Source: an uncultured Acidobacteriota bacterium
GTDB taxonomy: Bacteria > Acidobacteriota > Blastocatellia > RBC074
Direction of reading: 5' to 3'
Length of the DNA stretch: 64,000 bases
Assembly: GCA_963796275.1 (NCBI GenBank)
Contig: CAWCKY010000001.1
Location: forward strand, 1,024,001 to 1,088,000
In this document: one piece after another, positions 29,301 through 39,432 of the stretch
Position numbering within the stretch: the stretch's first letter is position 1
How the letters are laid out: each line of letters opens with the position of its first letter
The notes under the pieces: generated by a model
Databases searched by the model: none
Told to the model about the DNA's origin: nothing
What the model saw: only the letters and a program-made list of their open reading frames with translations
Program-made: the position numbers and the translations under genes

Positions 29301-30337
29301 ACTTCGCGCGGCTCCGTACTCCCCGAAGGCCGATATGTGAAGAAGCCCTGGCGTGCCCTCTCAGTCAGAACCTGGCGCGTGACGGAGAAGGTCTGCGGCA
29401 GCCGGAACTCCTCCAAATTGACGAAGAAGAATGCCTTGTCGCGTGTCTTCAACAGCTTGGGGATCAGAATCGGCCCGCCGATGTTGCCGCCGAATTGATT
29501 GAAGTTGATCCGGTCGCGCGGCAATCCGTTAAGACCGTTGAAGTAATAGTTGGAGTTGAAGAAATCATTGCGATTCTGCCAGAACAATCCCCCGTGAAAT
29601 TCGCTGGAGCCTTGCTTGGTTATGAATCTGATCTGGACTGCGCCTCCCCCAGCGCTCTCAGCGCCCGGCGTCGCGGTCGATATGGACACCTCCTCGACGG
29701 CGTCCGATTTCGGCTGTGTAGTGGTGAAGAAGCCGTCGCTCGACTTGAGGAAGTTGTCCTGAACGTTCGCGCCATCGATCGTGATATTGAGGGAACTCTT
29801 CGGTAAGCCATTTACCGAAGATGTGCGGGAAGTCCCAGGAGTCTGTACGCCCGGCATCGCCAGGATAAGCTGCATTGCTTCACGCGTGCTGAAGGGCAGT
29901 TCGAGAATCTGTTTGCCAGTAATAGTCGAACTGATAGTGGCGCTCGCCGTTTGTAGGACCTCGCCGCCGCCCGTGATGACGACCTGATCGCCGACGGCTC
30001 CCACCTCTAACGTGGCTTTGACCGTCGCGGGCTGTCCGACCTCTACCGTCACTTCCTGTACGACCGTCGTCTTGAATCCGGGAGCCGTGATCGTCACGGC
30101 GTAGCTGCCCGATGGGATCGAAGGGAGCGTCCAGTTGCCGTCCTTGTTGGTCGTTACGGTGTATTGTGCTTTCGTCTGGATGTTCTTTACGGTCAATTGC
30201 GCGTTGGGTACGACCGCGCCCTGCGTATCGATGACCGTACCGGACATCTGTCCGGTCGTCGTCACTTGCGCCAAAATCAGCGGCGCCGCAGCAAACACTA
30301 AGCCCAGGATGAAACCTCGGAGGATGAGTCGATTCAT
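26387..30337 (-). CDS. TonB-dependent receptor (carboxypeptidase-regulatory-like N-domain, Oar-like), with two frameshifts near 27871 and 27335
   Basis: Reading switches between ORFs 27725-30337, 27277-28188 and 26387-27280; QFGGNIGGP, LRGGYSI, VQSWTFGIQREL, C-terminal RLIEFQLRFNF. Confidence 0.88.
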
Positions 30338-30522
30338 TGATTTCTCCTTTTGAATAGAAAATCGGTTAACGAATTCCGGGAGGAATATCGCAAAGAGAAC
30401 CTGGTACTTCTTCTGAACTCGTTTATTTAGTTTTATTTGGTATTGCTTCGGTGCTCGTGCTTCGGATGCTCGTTGATTTGTTGTATGACGAAATACTGCA
30501 CTTTTAAAATCAGTAAATTTTT

Positions 30523-30538
30523 AGCAAAATCCATTCCA
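30523..30538 (-). promoter_or_regulatory. sigma54 promoter for the TBDR
   Basis: TGGAAT-GGATT-TTGCT, GG-N10-GC, about 185 nt upstream of the ATG. Confidence 0.6.
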
Positions 30539-30834
30539 GATGAAAAGCAGATACTGGAGGCATATATTTCCTTGATAATAGGTGGTTTATTAGATCACCG
30601 CGTACCCTGATGGACTCCTCTACAAAAATTTCTTACATAATTTTGAATAATTTCAAAATTATGCATGCATTTTTGAGATGAGCAAACGGAATAAAAAATA
30701 AAAGAATATGAGTCGAACGAAAAAAGACGGAGGCATGCATAAAGCGGATTCCGAACCTGGGCGGGGAAGCAGTGCTGCCATTGCGGAGCATCGGTCGTCG
30801 ACGCAGCGAAACTATGGGAATACAGAAGTGTCCG

Positions 30835-32139
30835 TCATTTCACTGTTCCGAACGTCCGTAACTCCATCTCGTCAGTCTTCTTTTCGTCGAAGCGATACTT
30901 GCGCAGGAACTCATCGGTGATATTGATACCCAGGCCCGGAGCTGTCACGGGAAAGACCGCCTCCTGGTCTCTACGTAATCCTCCTGCGACAATTTCACGG
31001 AAGACCGTTTCGTCTGGCTCGAAGAACTCAAGGATGAGGAAATTGGGGATTGTCAGACACGCATGTATCGAGGCTATTGTGCAAATGGGGCCGTTCGGGT
31101 TGTGCGGAGCCACCGGGACGTAATAGGTGTCGGCCATAGCCGCGATCTTCTTAAACTCCGTAATGCCGCCGGTGCGGGCGATATCGGGTTGTATAATGCG
31201 CACGGCCTGCCGCTCCAGTAATTCGCGAAAACCGTGGCGGCTAAAGATTCGTTCTCCGGTGGCCAGGGGGACATTCACTGAGCGCTGTACTTCCGCCATA
31301 GCCGCGATGTTCTCAGGTGGGACCGCTTCCTCGTAGAAGAACAGCCGGTAGGGTTCGAGCGCCCGGATGATCTCGATCGTTGATTTGGTATTCCAGCGTC
31401 CATGAACATCGATGGCGATGTCATAGTCGGGTCCGCCGGCCTCGCGGATGGCTTTGACCTGGGCGACCGCGCTGCGCAGGTCTTGTTGTGTCACTTCGCG
31501 GTTCATCGGCGTGGTCGTGAATGGATCGAACTTGCAGCCCGTGTAGCCTTTGGCGACCAAGTCTTTGGTCTTCTTTGCCATGGCTTCAGGCGTCCTGGGA
31601 ATTCCTTCGATCCATCCGTTGGCATAAATCCTGAGCTTCTCGTGCGTCTGGCCTCCCAGAAGCTTGTAGACTGGTATCCCGAGTTTTTTTCCGACGATGT
31701 CATAAAGTGCCGTGTCAATACCGCTGATAGCTGCCAGCACCACACCGCCCATTCCGTTGTAGTAGAGGAACCGGTACATCCTGTTCCAAAGCCGCTCGAT
31801 ATCCCAAGCGCTCTCTCCGACGACCACGTTACTCAGACTGCGGACGGCGGCAGCGATAGGTTGGACGCCCGGAAAATTCGTCCCCTCGCCCCACCCGACA
31901 ATCCCTTCTTGCGTTTCTACGCGAACGAAGAGCCAGGGGCCATAACCTCTGACTCCTGTTAATAAGTGAGGCTCGACCTTAACAATCTTTAGCGCGGCAT
32001 CCTGTTGGCCAATAACTGCGGCCCTGAGTTGTTCGGTCATGGCTCCGGATGCCATAAGTCCTCCGGTAATCCCGATAGAGAAATTTTTGAGAAAAGTACG
32101 GCGCGGATTTACATCACTGCTGTGTATATGTTTAGACAT
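30835..32139 (-). CDS. Mandelate racemase/enolase-superfamily sugar-acid dehydratase (DgoD-like) with Tat-like leader
   Basis: GWGE, SGIDTALYD, KxDP, DVHG, EEA, TGE, QPD, APHNP; N-terminal PRRTFLK. Confidence 0.9.
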   Translation of the reverse strand: MSKHIHSSDVNPRRTFLKNFSIGITGGLMASGAMTEQLRAAVIGQQDAALKIVKVEPHLLTGVRGYGPWLFVRVETQEGIVGWGEGTNFPGVQPIAAAVRSLSNVVVGESAWDIERLWNRMYRFLYYNGMGGVVLAAISGIDTALYDIVGKKLGIPVYKLLGGQTHEKLRIYANGWIEGIPRTPEAMAKKTKDLVAKGYTGCKFDPFTTTPMNREVTQQDLRSAVAQVKAIREAGGPDYDIAIDVHGRWNTKSTIEIIRALEPYRLFFYEEAVPPENIAAMAEVQRSVNVPLATGERIFSRHGFRELLERQAVRIIQPDIARTGGITEFKKIAAMADTYYVPVAPHNPNGPICTIASIHACLTIPNFLILEFFEPDETVFREIVAGGLRRDQEAVFPVTAPGLGINITDEFLRKYRFDEKKTDEMELRTFGTVK

Positions 32140-32240
32140 AGAGTTCTCAATTAGCGGAACCAAGAGATAGAAACTTGAAAGTTGTTTATTTTTCCGAAGC
32201 CGGTGTGGAGCGCATCCACCGGGGGGCATAAGTCATTCTA

Positions 32241-32594
32241 TCCTATGTGCCGGAAGACGCTATGGAAATCGGCCGGCAGTGAAGCCAGCTTACCCTCCGG
32301 AGATTTAACGCTATTTTATGCTTAGGCGCTTGTGGAACGCAGCCACCGGGGTCATTTTTCCTATGTGCCGGAAGACGCTATGGAAATCGGCCGGCAGTGA
32401 AGCCAGCTTACCCTCCGGAGATTTAACGCTATTTTATGCTTAGGCGCTTGTGGAACGCAGCCACCGGGGTCATTTTTCCTATGTGCCGGAAGACGCTATG
32501 GAAATCGGCCGGCAGTGAAGCCAGCTTACCCTCCGGAGATTTAACGCTATTTTATGCTTAGGCGCTTGTGGAACGCAGCCACCGGGGTCATTTT
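32241..32594. repeat. Three identical 118-bp tandem copies of a REP-derived unit
   Basis: TCCTATGTGCCGGAAGACGC recurs at 32241, 32359 and 32477; a fourth diverged start at 32596. Confidence 0.95.
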
Positions 32595-32690
32595 ATCCTA
32601 TGCGCCGGAGGCGCTATGGAAGTTAGCCGGTGGTGGAGCGTAGCGAAACCACCGGAAACATTCGGCATTCGCCCGCGCCCTGGAGGGGCG
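32568..32690. repeat. REP-like element left of tnpA
   Basis: 32568-32634 is the near reverse complement of 33418-33484; hairpin CCGGTGGT-N13-ACCACCGG. Confidence 0.85.
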
Positions 32691-32702
32691 CAAGAAGCAT
32701 AT

Positions 32703-33149
32703 TCACCAGAGATGCTTTTCACTGTAATCAACACCGCACGATTTCAGAAATAATAGATATTCTTCCTGAAATGTCTTGTGTTGATGATGTATTTCCTGTC
32801 TTGCGATGTAATCCCTTACGGTTTGGCGTTGTGATGGGCTGACTGTGAAAGCTCCGTATCCTTCCTGCCATGAGAAGAGCGGTTGCTTCAGTTCCTGATG
32901 CACCCATTTTGATGATGAAGCCTTGATCTCTTTCAGGACCTCCGATAACTGATGTGTGGCGCGCAATCCTGCCAGCATATGAACATGATCCTCAACACCG
33001 CCCACGGCTTCTGGGATGCCTCCCAGATCGCGCATTATCCCACCCAGATAGGAGTGCAACCTGTCACGCCAGTCTCGGTGAATATATGCGATGCGGTCTT
33101 TGGTGCTGAATATTAGATGATAATGTAGGCTGAGATGTGTCGATGGCAC
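32703..33149 (-). mobile_element. tnpA: IS200/IS605-family Y1 (HUH) transposase, REP-associated (RAYT-like)
   Basis: HLIFSTK, DHVH (HUH), WQEGY, YIARQ; flanked on both sides by inverted REP-like arrays; no tnpB. Confidence 0.92.
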
Positions 33150-33354
33150 TGCTTAAACTCCTTTCGAGCGCTACCTCAAAGTGCAGAATAATAATAAAGA
33201 GTTCCGGTGTATTATAAAATCGGGAAAATGAGTTCTCTAAAGCTTTCTCTATGGGCGACGAGAGATTATCTGATGATTCTAACCGCTAGAAACGTCCCCA
33301 ATCGATTGCCTCTAGACATGAATGCCGGGCAAGGATGCGAAATTATCAGTACCG

Positions 33355-33723
33355 CTCCAGCGCCCTTTCAGGGCGCGAGGCGTATATCGGACGGTACCGG
33401 TGGTTACGCTGCGCTTCACCACCGGCTAACTTCCATAGCGCCTCCGGCGCATAGGCTAAAATGACCCCGGTGGCTGCGCTCCACCACTGACTAACTTCCA
33501 TTGCACCTCCGGCGCATAGGATCGAATGGCCCTAGGATTCCGCTGGCTGTGCTCCTTAACCGGCTACTCCAGCGCCCTTTCAGTGCGCGAGGCGTATATC
33601 GGAAGGTACCGGTGGTGAAGCGCAACGTAACCACCGGCTAACTTCGGGTAGCACCTCCGGCGCATAGGATCGAATGGCTCCCAGGTCTCCGCTGGCTGTG
33701 CTGGTCGCACCTCCGGCGCATAA
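33355..33723. repeat. REP-like array right of tnpA (212-bp period duplication plus partial copies)
   Basis: CTCCAGCGCCCTTTCAG at 33355 and 33567; CCTCCGGCGCATA four times. Confidence 0.88.
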
Positions 33724-33774
33724 CATAAATGGCTCCAGCTCTCCGGTGCCCGGGACGGCGTAATCATATTCGTT

Positions 33775-35133
33775 TCATTTGAGGTTAATTTGCACCTGCC
33801 CGGTTGGTTGAATTGCCACCTCAGTCTTACCAACATCAGCCTCGGCCGTAATATCAGTGTGCGCAGTCTCGCTGGCCAGCAAAACTGCAATCATCGTTAT
33901 ACTTGCCGCCCCGATGATGTAAAGCGCGACTGGCCACGATTTGCCCGTTCGCCTCAAAAGTTCAGTTGCGATGAGCGGTGAGAGCCCCCCCGCCAAAACC
34001 GATGAAAGCTGGTAGCCGAGCGAAGCCCCGGTGTATCGAACCCGCGTCCCGAATAGTTCGGAGAAGAAGCTCGCCTGTGGTCCATACATTGCCGAGTGAC
34101 CGATTACCAGCGCTATTACGACCGACAGAATCAATAGTCCGGTATTCGCCGTTTCGATCAGCCAGAAGAATGGAAATGCGAAAGCACCTGTGAAAATCGC
34201 ACCAAACAGATAGACAGGTCTTCGTCCCAGCCGGTCGGAGAGCGAACCATATGCGGGAAGCGCGAACATTTGAAAGATGGCGGCAATCGAGACGGCATTT
34301 AAGACCGCCGAGCGCGAAAAGCCGATCTGTGATTGTGTCGCATAAGTGAGGATGAAGACCGTGTAGAGATAAAAGACGGCATTATCCGCGACCCGCGCGC
34401 CCATGGCCAGAATCAGGTTTCTGGGATGATTACGCACCGTATCGAGTAGCGGCATTCGGGCCTCAGCGCGGTTTTTCTTGATCTCCGTGAAGACTGGAGG
34501 CTCGACGACCGCCAGCCGGATGAACAGTCCCACAACTACCAATAAGATGCTCCCCAGAAACGCCACTCGCCAACCCCACGAGAGCAGCGCCTCATCCGGC
34601 AGCTGCGAGATTTGTCCGAAGATGAAGGTTGAGAGCAGGAGCCCTGCGGGCACTCCGATCTGCGGCCAGCTTCCATAAAATCCCCGTTTCCCTTTGGGAG
34701 AATGTTCCACGGCCATCAATACGGCGCCGCCCCATTCTCCGCCGACCGCGAACCCTTGTGCGAGCCGCAAAATCACCAGCAAGATCGGGGCCCAGATACC
34801 GATGCTGTTATAAGTCGGTAGGAGCCCGATCAAAAAAGTCGCAACCCCCATAATGAGAAGCGTGAGAACCAGCATCGACCTGCGGCCTATCCTATCGCCA
34901 AAGTGGCCGCATACTATGGCTCCGATGGGACGGGCGGCGAAACCGGCGGCGTAAGTCCCAAATGAAGCGAGAGTGCCGGTCAGTGGATCGAAGTTCGGGA
35001 AGAAGAGCTTTCCGAAGACCAGCGCGCTGGCTGTTCCATAGAGAAAAAAGTCATACCATTCGATGGTCGTGCCGACGAAACTGGCAATCGCCACTCTGTG
35101 TATTGAGTTATTTTTGGGTGGTGAGGGGTTCAA
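33775..35133 (-). CDS. MFS transporter, MHS (shikimate/metabolite:H+) family
   Basis: GTTIEWYDF, GHFGDRIGRR, GGEWGGA, ELFGTRVRYTG. Confidence 0.93.
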   Translation of the reverse strand: MNPSPPKNNSIHRVAIASFVGTTIEWYDFFLYGTASALVFGKLFFPNFDPLTGTLASFGTYAAGFAARPIGAIVCGHFGDRIGRRSMLVLTLLIMGVATFLIGLLPTYNSIGIWAPILLVILRLAQGFAVGGEWGGAVLMAVEHSPKGKRGFYGSWPQIGVPAGLLLSTFIFGQISQLPDEALLSWGWRVAFLGSILLVVVGLFIRLAVVEPPVFTEIKKNRAEARMPLLDTVRNHPRNLILAMGARVADNAVFYLYTVFILTYATQSQIGFSRSAVLNAVSIAAIFQMFALPAYGSLSDRLGRRPVYLFGAIFTGAFAFPFFWLIETANTGLLILSVVIALVIGHSAMYGPQASFFSELFGTRVRYTGASLGYQLSSVLAGGLSPLIATELLRRTGKSWPVALYIIGAASITMIAVLLASETAHTDITAEADVGKTEVAIQPTGQVQINLK

Positions 35134-35426
35134 ATTTGGTTCTCCTCTGGAGATACTACAACACTCAAAGATGAGTTTGGTTTCTCGCCCCCGAGGGGTG
35201 GGAGAAGATAACCAGGGGCTAGGCCGATTGGAGATCGGCGAAAACCCCTGGATAACGATTCGGTATTTTGTCGTATCCTAAATGATGCGAATCCGGTGCG
35301 GGGATGTGACAGTAATTGATTCGCGCATCCCGTTGGAATGCATCGATTTTTTTGTCCCAGGTATTTTCGCTGCGCTCCAACACTGGGTACTTTTTGCTTG
35401 GGCCTTCGGAGCTAAGACGCTCCATT

Positions 35427-36665
<1,239 letters not shown>

Positions 36666-36932
36666 AGAACAACCTCCTTTTTTTCCCTTTGATAACTACG
36701 ATAACTCTTTTTCGTGACAGATTAAATATGCTCGATCCAAAATAATTTGCGAGATATTCGGGGGCGGTAGGTCAAAAAAGTGGAACAGAAGGTAAGATTC
36801 CGAGCTTCTTGTCTTTTTTACCTTTTTGCTTCCCTTCGCGTTGCGCTGTCTGACCTGACATCAAACAGGTTTTCTGACATAGTTGTTTATGACGGGAGTT
36901 CCATTCAACATACACATCGATAGGAGGCAACC

Positions 36933-38105
36933 TTGAATCCAGAGACAGATTTTTTCAAGCTCGACGCGCTGTTAACCGATGAGGAGAGGCTCGTGCGCGA
37001 TTCGGTCAGAGCCTTCGTGCGCGACCGCGTCAATCCGATCATCGCCGATTGTTTTGAAGAGGGACGGTTCCCGAGGGAGCTGATCCCTGAAATGGCTAAA
37101 CTCGGGCTGTATGGTTCAACTTTACCCGAAAAATACGGGTGCGCCGGCGTCAACAGTGTCAGTTATGGGCTGATTTGCCAGGAGCTGGAGGCTGGCGATT
37201 CCGGCATCCGCAGTTTCGTGTCGGTGCAGAGCTCATTATGCATGTATCCGATCTTCCAGTTCGGCAGCGAAGCGCAGAGAGAGAAATATCTGCCGCAGAT
37301 GGCCTTAGGAGAAATCATCGGTTGTTTCGGTTTGACTGAGCCCAACTCCGGTTCTGATCCCAGCAGTATGAGCACGCGGGCTGTACGAACGCGTGACGGC
37401 TGGTTGCTCAACGGCGGTAAAACCTGGATCACCAATGGCACGCTGGCCGACATCGCCGTCGTCTGGGCAAAGACCGATGATAACGACACAATCCGCGGAT
37501 TTATCGTAGAGAAAGGGACGAAAGGATTCACCGCCTCCGATATAAAACACAAGATGAGCCTTCGCGCTTCGGTAACATCCCAACTCTTCTTTCAGGATTG
37601 CCTCATCCCCGAAGATAATGTGCTTCCGGCGAGCAAAGGTCTGAAAAGCCCGCTGATGTGCCTGTCGCAGGCGCGCTTTGGAATCGCATGGGGCGCAGTC
37701 GGTGCAGCGGCTTCGTGCTACAAGACCGCGCTCGATTATGCGAAACAGCGCGTCCAGTTCAACCGCCCGATCGCAGGTTTTCAGCTCACGCAGGAGAAAC
37801 TGGTGAAGATGTTCACCCAAATCAGCATGGCGCAACTCCTCTGTCTGAGACTGGGGCGATTGAAGGAAGCCGGTGAACTCGAACCGGCGCACGTCTCTAT
37901 GGGTAAACTGAATAATGTAGCGATGGCCCGCGAATGTGCTCAGATCGCGCGTGCGATCCTCGGCGGTAACGGTATCGTGGGCGAATACCCGATAATGCGC
38001 CATATGTGCAACCTGGAATCAGTCTACACCTACGAGGGTACGAACGAAATTCATATGCTCGTGCTCGGGAAACACATCACGGGCCTGGATGCTTTTTCAA
38101 ACTAA
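36933..38105 (+). CDS. gcdH: Acyl-CoA dehydrogenase, glutaryl-CoA dehydrogenase-like
   Basis: DSGIRSFVSVQSSL, GCFGLTEP, KTWITN, LGGNG, TYEGT; GGAGG RBS with TTG start. Confidence 0.85.
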   Translation: MNPETDFFKLDALLTDEERLVRDSVRAFVRDRVNPIIADCFEEGRFPRELIPEMAKLGLYGSTLPEKYGCAGVNSVSYGLICQELEAGDSGIRSFVSVQSSLCMYPIFQFGSEAQREKYLPQMALGEIIGCFGLTEPNSGSDPSSMSTRAVRTRDGWLLNGGKTWITNGTLADIAVVWAKTDDNDTIRGFIVEKGTKGFTASDIKHKMSLRASVTSQLFFQDCLIPEDNVLPASKGLKSPLMCLSQARFGIAWGAVGAAASCYKTALDYAKQRVQFNRPIAGFQLTQEKLVKMFTQISMAQLLCLRLGRLKEAGELEPAHVSMGKLNNVAMARECAQIARAILGGNGIVGEYPIMRHMCNLESVYTYEGTNEIHMLVLGKHITGLDAFSN

Positions 38106-38157
38106 ATTTCCAAACTGCATGCAATTACAACATTGAGAAATTTGTTTCACCACCAGA

Positions 38158-38463
38158 ATGCAGAAGCGAGCCCAGGCAGAGGAGGAGTCCATCATTTACG
38201 ATGATGGATTCGTGCGAAGAGTGAAAGCCGATGCGCCGGTTCACAATGACGGCTGCCGGCTCCCTAACGGTGGAGGCGGATGGCTCCCAGACGGACGAAC
38301 GCGTAATCCCTTGTTGCCGGTGCTGGCTGCTTTTGCTCCGGGCCGTGATGTCGATGTTTGGGAGGATGGGGCGGTCAAACAGAATCCTGCGGGAGCAAAA
38401 ATTGTTTTACAGGTTCATTACTCGAAGGCCGAATGTACGAGACCTACCTTAAATCTATTCTGA
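38158..38463 (+). pseudogene. Internal fragment of a PHM-like monooxygenase paralogue
   Basis: LAAFAPG...PAGAKIVLQVHY resembles GITP...[12 protein letters not shown] of 35427-36665; both termini missing. Confidence 0.6.
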
Positions 38464-38541
38464 ATTGGTTTTAACTGTGCATCGATAGCTGTGTAGGCAC
38501 TCAAACAAAGTTATATCGAGCGGTCTTTTGTTGAACTGATT

Positions 38542-39099
38542 TTATTGCTTCGCCAGTCTCGGAAGACGCGGAGTAAATTCTGCAGAAGCAGTGCCGGTTT
38601 CGACGAGCTCAAATCGGCTGTCTCCATCCTCGTCGTAATAGTGTAACCCCTCCATAGTGTAAGTAGCGCGGTATTTGACCACGTAGCAGAACGGGCGGTC
38701 GCCCAGGTCATATTTAACTATCGTCATCACGCGAAGCTTTTTCGCGGTTATACCCAATCCTTTAAGTTCTTGTTCAGACAAGAAGTCCCTGAGAGTTACT
38801 GGGATGTCAGTTCCGGTTTGAGGGCTAAGCCAGCTCGAGTAAACTTTTACTGTTTCATTACTGACGGCCTGAAGTAAACTGGCTGGTCTATATTCTTTAG
38901 CCACCGCAAGGCCCGGAATCTTCCACCCTTCTTCTTTGATCAATCTTTTGCCGGTTACAGGCACTGGGCTCGGTTTTGCTGCGATCGCCAGTTGAGTATC
39001 ATTTTGATAACCACTGCTCTTGCAACTCGCGCCAGTGAAAAGCATTGTTAACAAAACGAAAGAGATCGTATGCTGGAGTTGATACCTTTTACATTTCAT
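38542..39099 (-). CDS. Hypothetical lipoprotein
   Basis: Hydrophobic leader ending in GASC; C-terminal YYDEDGDSRFE. Confidence 0.7.
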   Translation of the reverse strand: MKCKRYQLQHTISFVLLTMLFTGASCKSSGYQNDTQLAIAAKPSPVPVTGKRLIKEEGWKIPGLAVAKEYRPASLLQAVSNETVKVYSSWLSPQTGTDIPVTLRDFLSEQELKGLGITAKKLRVMTIVKYDLGDRPFCYVVKYRATYTMEGLHYYDEDGDSRFELVETGTASAEFTPRLPRLAKQ

Positions 39100-39102
39100 A
39101 TA

Positions 39103-39315
39103 TCAGTCCTTAATCACAATTCGATATGAGGAGAGCAGGAGAAACTGAATGTCGAACCCTTTCCAGGGTTTCGCTAGTGAATCGAGATCGGTGGGGCAGA
39201 CCATCTGGGCCGGCTGGGTCAAATCGAGTTGTTGAGCCGAGACGAACGAATGTGAAGAAACAAGAATTGTGACACGAGTAAGTAGACCAACTGCCACCTT
39301 CATTTTCCGTAGCAC
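39103..39315 (-). CDS. Short hypothetical ORF with signal-peptide-like N-terminus, possibly a remnant
   Basis: AGGAAAAGGAAG upstream; ends 4 nt before the next gene. Confidence 0.35.
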   Translation of the reverse strand: MLRKMKVAVGLLTRVTILVSSHSFVSAQQLDLTQPAQMVCPTDLDSLAKPWKGFDIQFLLLSSYRIVIKD

Positions 39316-39355
39316 TTCCTTTTCCTATCGCGAAAATTACGAGGCAAGTTTGCAA

Positions 39356-39402
39356 GGAACAGAGGCGAGACGATCTCCGTCAATCGCCTCCGCCTATGTT
39401 CC
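39356..39402 (-). terminator. Hairpin after the TBDR stop
   Basis: GGAACAGAGGCG...CGCCTATGTTCC imperfect stem. Confidence 0.5.
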
Positions 39403-39432
39403 CTGTTTGTATGGTTGAATTGAACCCCGACG

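Noticed and set aside
26387-30337. Programmed frameshifting in the TBDR, ADOP and treY genes
   Set aside because: No shared slippery heptamer or stimulatory structure; scattered single-base indels fit sequencing error or decay better
32241-32594. Possible CRISPR or other guide array
   Set aside because: Units are identical over their whole 118 bp with no unique spacers, derive from the adjacent REP, and no cas or tnpB gene is present
32568-33890. ORFs 32568-32753, 33207-33464 and 33564-33890 (and 54268-54702)
   Set aside because: Translations of REP repeats with no protein-like features
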